The translations under genes and the position numbers were made by a program. The notes under the pieces are model-generated. The model was not told where the DNA came from and made no database searches. It saw only the letters and a program-made list of their open reading frames with translations. Below are positions 62,897-64,000 of a stretch of 64,000 nt of DNA, one piece after another. Source of the stretch: a virus; IMG/VR virus record IMGVR_UViG_3300045973_000529, positions 1 to 64,000 of that record; one strand, 5' to 3'. The number at the start of each line of letters is the position of its first letter. Position 1 is the stretch's first letter.

Positions 62897-63440
62897 TCCG
62901 TACGCGATCCTTGGGGTCGCGAAGAACTGCAGCGTAGAAGACGCGAAGAACGCGTACCGCAGGCTCGCCAGCAAGCACCACCCAGACAAGGGCGGCTCGA
63001 AGGAGAAGTTCCAGGAGATCAAGGAAGCTTTCGAGCTCATTGAGCGCGGTGGAGCATCGACCTTCGTACCTGGTCCTACCTCGCATCCGAACCCGCCAAC
63101 ACCATCATCCTTCACAGCCGGCATCAAGCCGAAAGCTTCACCATACGCTGGCAAGCCGGCACCTGGCTATGAGGCTGTGCGGAAGCCAATCGTGTACCCG
63201 CACACTGCTCGAAAGAATCCGGGCCGGTACAGCGAATTTGAAGTACATCTGACTGTCACTCGCGAACAAGCTGAGCGCGGTTGCACAGTGCCGTTCTGGC
63301 ACGACGGCACGATGCGTGACTACGTGGTTCAACCGTTTTCAAGCTCGCATACCCAAAAGCTTGCCTATCCTCTCGACGCTATGGTCGGCCGCTCGGTCGG
63401 CACCGTCACCATCGAAATCCATCTCACAGTAGAATCATGA
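62883..63440 (+). CDS. J-domain (DnaJ-like) protein
   Basis: Probable GTG start at 62883; YDPYAILGV...[24 protein letters not shown]. Confidence 0.88.
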   Translation: MAIYDPYAILGVAKNCSVEDAKNAYRRLASKHHPDKGGSKEKFQEIKEAFELIERGGASTFVPGPTSHPNPPTPSSFTAGIKPKASPYAGKPAPGYEAVRKPIVYPHTARKNPGRYSEFEVHLTVTREQAERGCTVPFWHDGTMRDYVVQPFSSSHTQKLAYPLDAMVGRSVGTVTIEIHLTVES

Positions 63441-64000
63441 CCAAAGACTACTACGCAACCCTTGGTGTCGATAAGGCCGCAAGCGACGAAGACATCAAGA
63501 AGGCATACCGCAAGCTGGCGAGTCAACATCACCCGGACAAAGGTGGCACTAAGGAGAAGTTCCAGGAGATCCAAGAGGCGTACTCGGCGCTCGAGACGTC
63601 TGAGAAGCGAGCTGTATACAACAACCCGCAGCCGCAGCGCCAGCATTTCAATGGTCGCTCTGCAGAAGAGATGCACGATGAAATCCTGCGTGCCATGCGT
63701 GCAGCGCATGAGCATCAGCAGCGGAATGCTGTCCCATTCATTCGCCTGAACATCTCCATTGAGCGGGCGTTCAGTGGAACAACGGTTCCGCTCAGCGTGT
63801 TTGGTCATAGCATCGCATACAAGCTCCGTGCTGGTCTGCCGCAAGGTGTCGCGTACAGTGATGCTGTACCAGTTGATGACAAGCAACGTCAGATCCAGGT
63901 CCAGTTGAACATTGACGGCGGCCGGTTCCGGTTCCTGCACGTCGGCAGTGAAGATGGGCTGAACTTCAGTGGTGATCTGGAGACGGAGATCGATGTTGAT
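63437..64000 (+). CDS. second J-domain (DnaJ/CbpA-like) protein, runs off the window end
   Basis: [11 protein letters not shown]...[18 protein letters not shown]; frame open to 64000; absent from the ORF track because no stop is in the window. Confidence 0.9.
   Translation, partial: MTKDYYATLGVDKAASDEDIKKAYRKLASQHHPDKGGTKEKFQEIQEAYSALETSEKRAVYNNPQPQRQHFNGRSAEEMHDEILRAMRAAHEHQQRNAVPFIRLNISIERAFSGTTVPLSVFGHSIAYKLRAGLPQGVAYSDAVPVDDKQRQIQVQLNIDGGRFRFLHVGSEDGLNFSGDLETEIDVD

Noticed and set aside
1-64000. CRISPR array, tRNA or rRNA genes
   Set aside because: Intergenic gaps are short; no spaced direct repeats or cloverleaf with T-loop GTTCRA was found by eye. A tRNAscan run would be decisive
1-64000. 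Bacterial chromosome or prophage origin suggested by prkA, spoVR and ald
   Set aside because: These genes sit among T4-type topoisomerase subunits, late-promoter motifs, S74 fibres and dense small unknown ORFs; no integrase or housekeeping synteny
1-64000. Stop-codon recoding or programmed frameshifts
   Set aside because: All recognised proteins are intact in the standard code and all three stop codons end genes

Overview
This window reads as a 64-kb segment of a large (jumbo, T4-superfamily-like) dsDNA phage genome, not a bacterial chromosome. There are no rRNA, tRNA or CRISPR features I can support. Layout: (1) 1-6.8 kb, + strand: a bactofilin gene and a PrkA/YeaG-YeaH-SpoVR/YcgB triad; (2) 7-35.6 kb, mostly - strand: seven tail-fibre/receptor-binding-like genes (about 8,800 aa in total; three with peptidase-S74 chaperone tails, one with a Hint domain) driven by a repeated (C/G)TAAATAG late-promoter motif, interrupted by a divergent late pair that includes a Pol-beta-type nucleotidyltransferase; (3) 35.7-64 kb, mostly + strand: nucleotide metabolism and replication genes. 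These include a cytosine-type thymidylate-synthase homologue, a dNMP kinase, a T4 beta-glucosyltransferase homologue, an SIS sugar-phosphate isomerase and an NTP-transferase/kinase fusion, which together suggest glycosylation of modified cytosine with a phage-made sugar. The same block has DinG- and UvrD-like helicases, an AAA ATPase, PTH2, NUDIX, alanine dehydrogenase, a two-subunit type II topoisomerase, tandem J-domain proteins and a late-expressed pair of T7 gp0.7-like kinases. All family calls come from motif recognition by eye and from memory; no database search was run.
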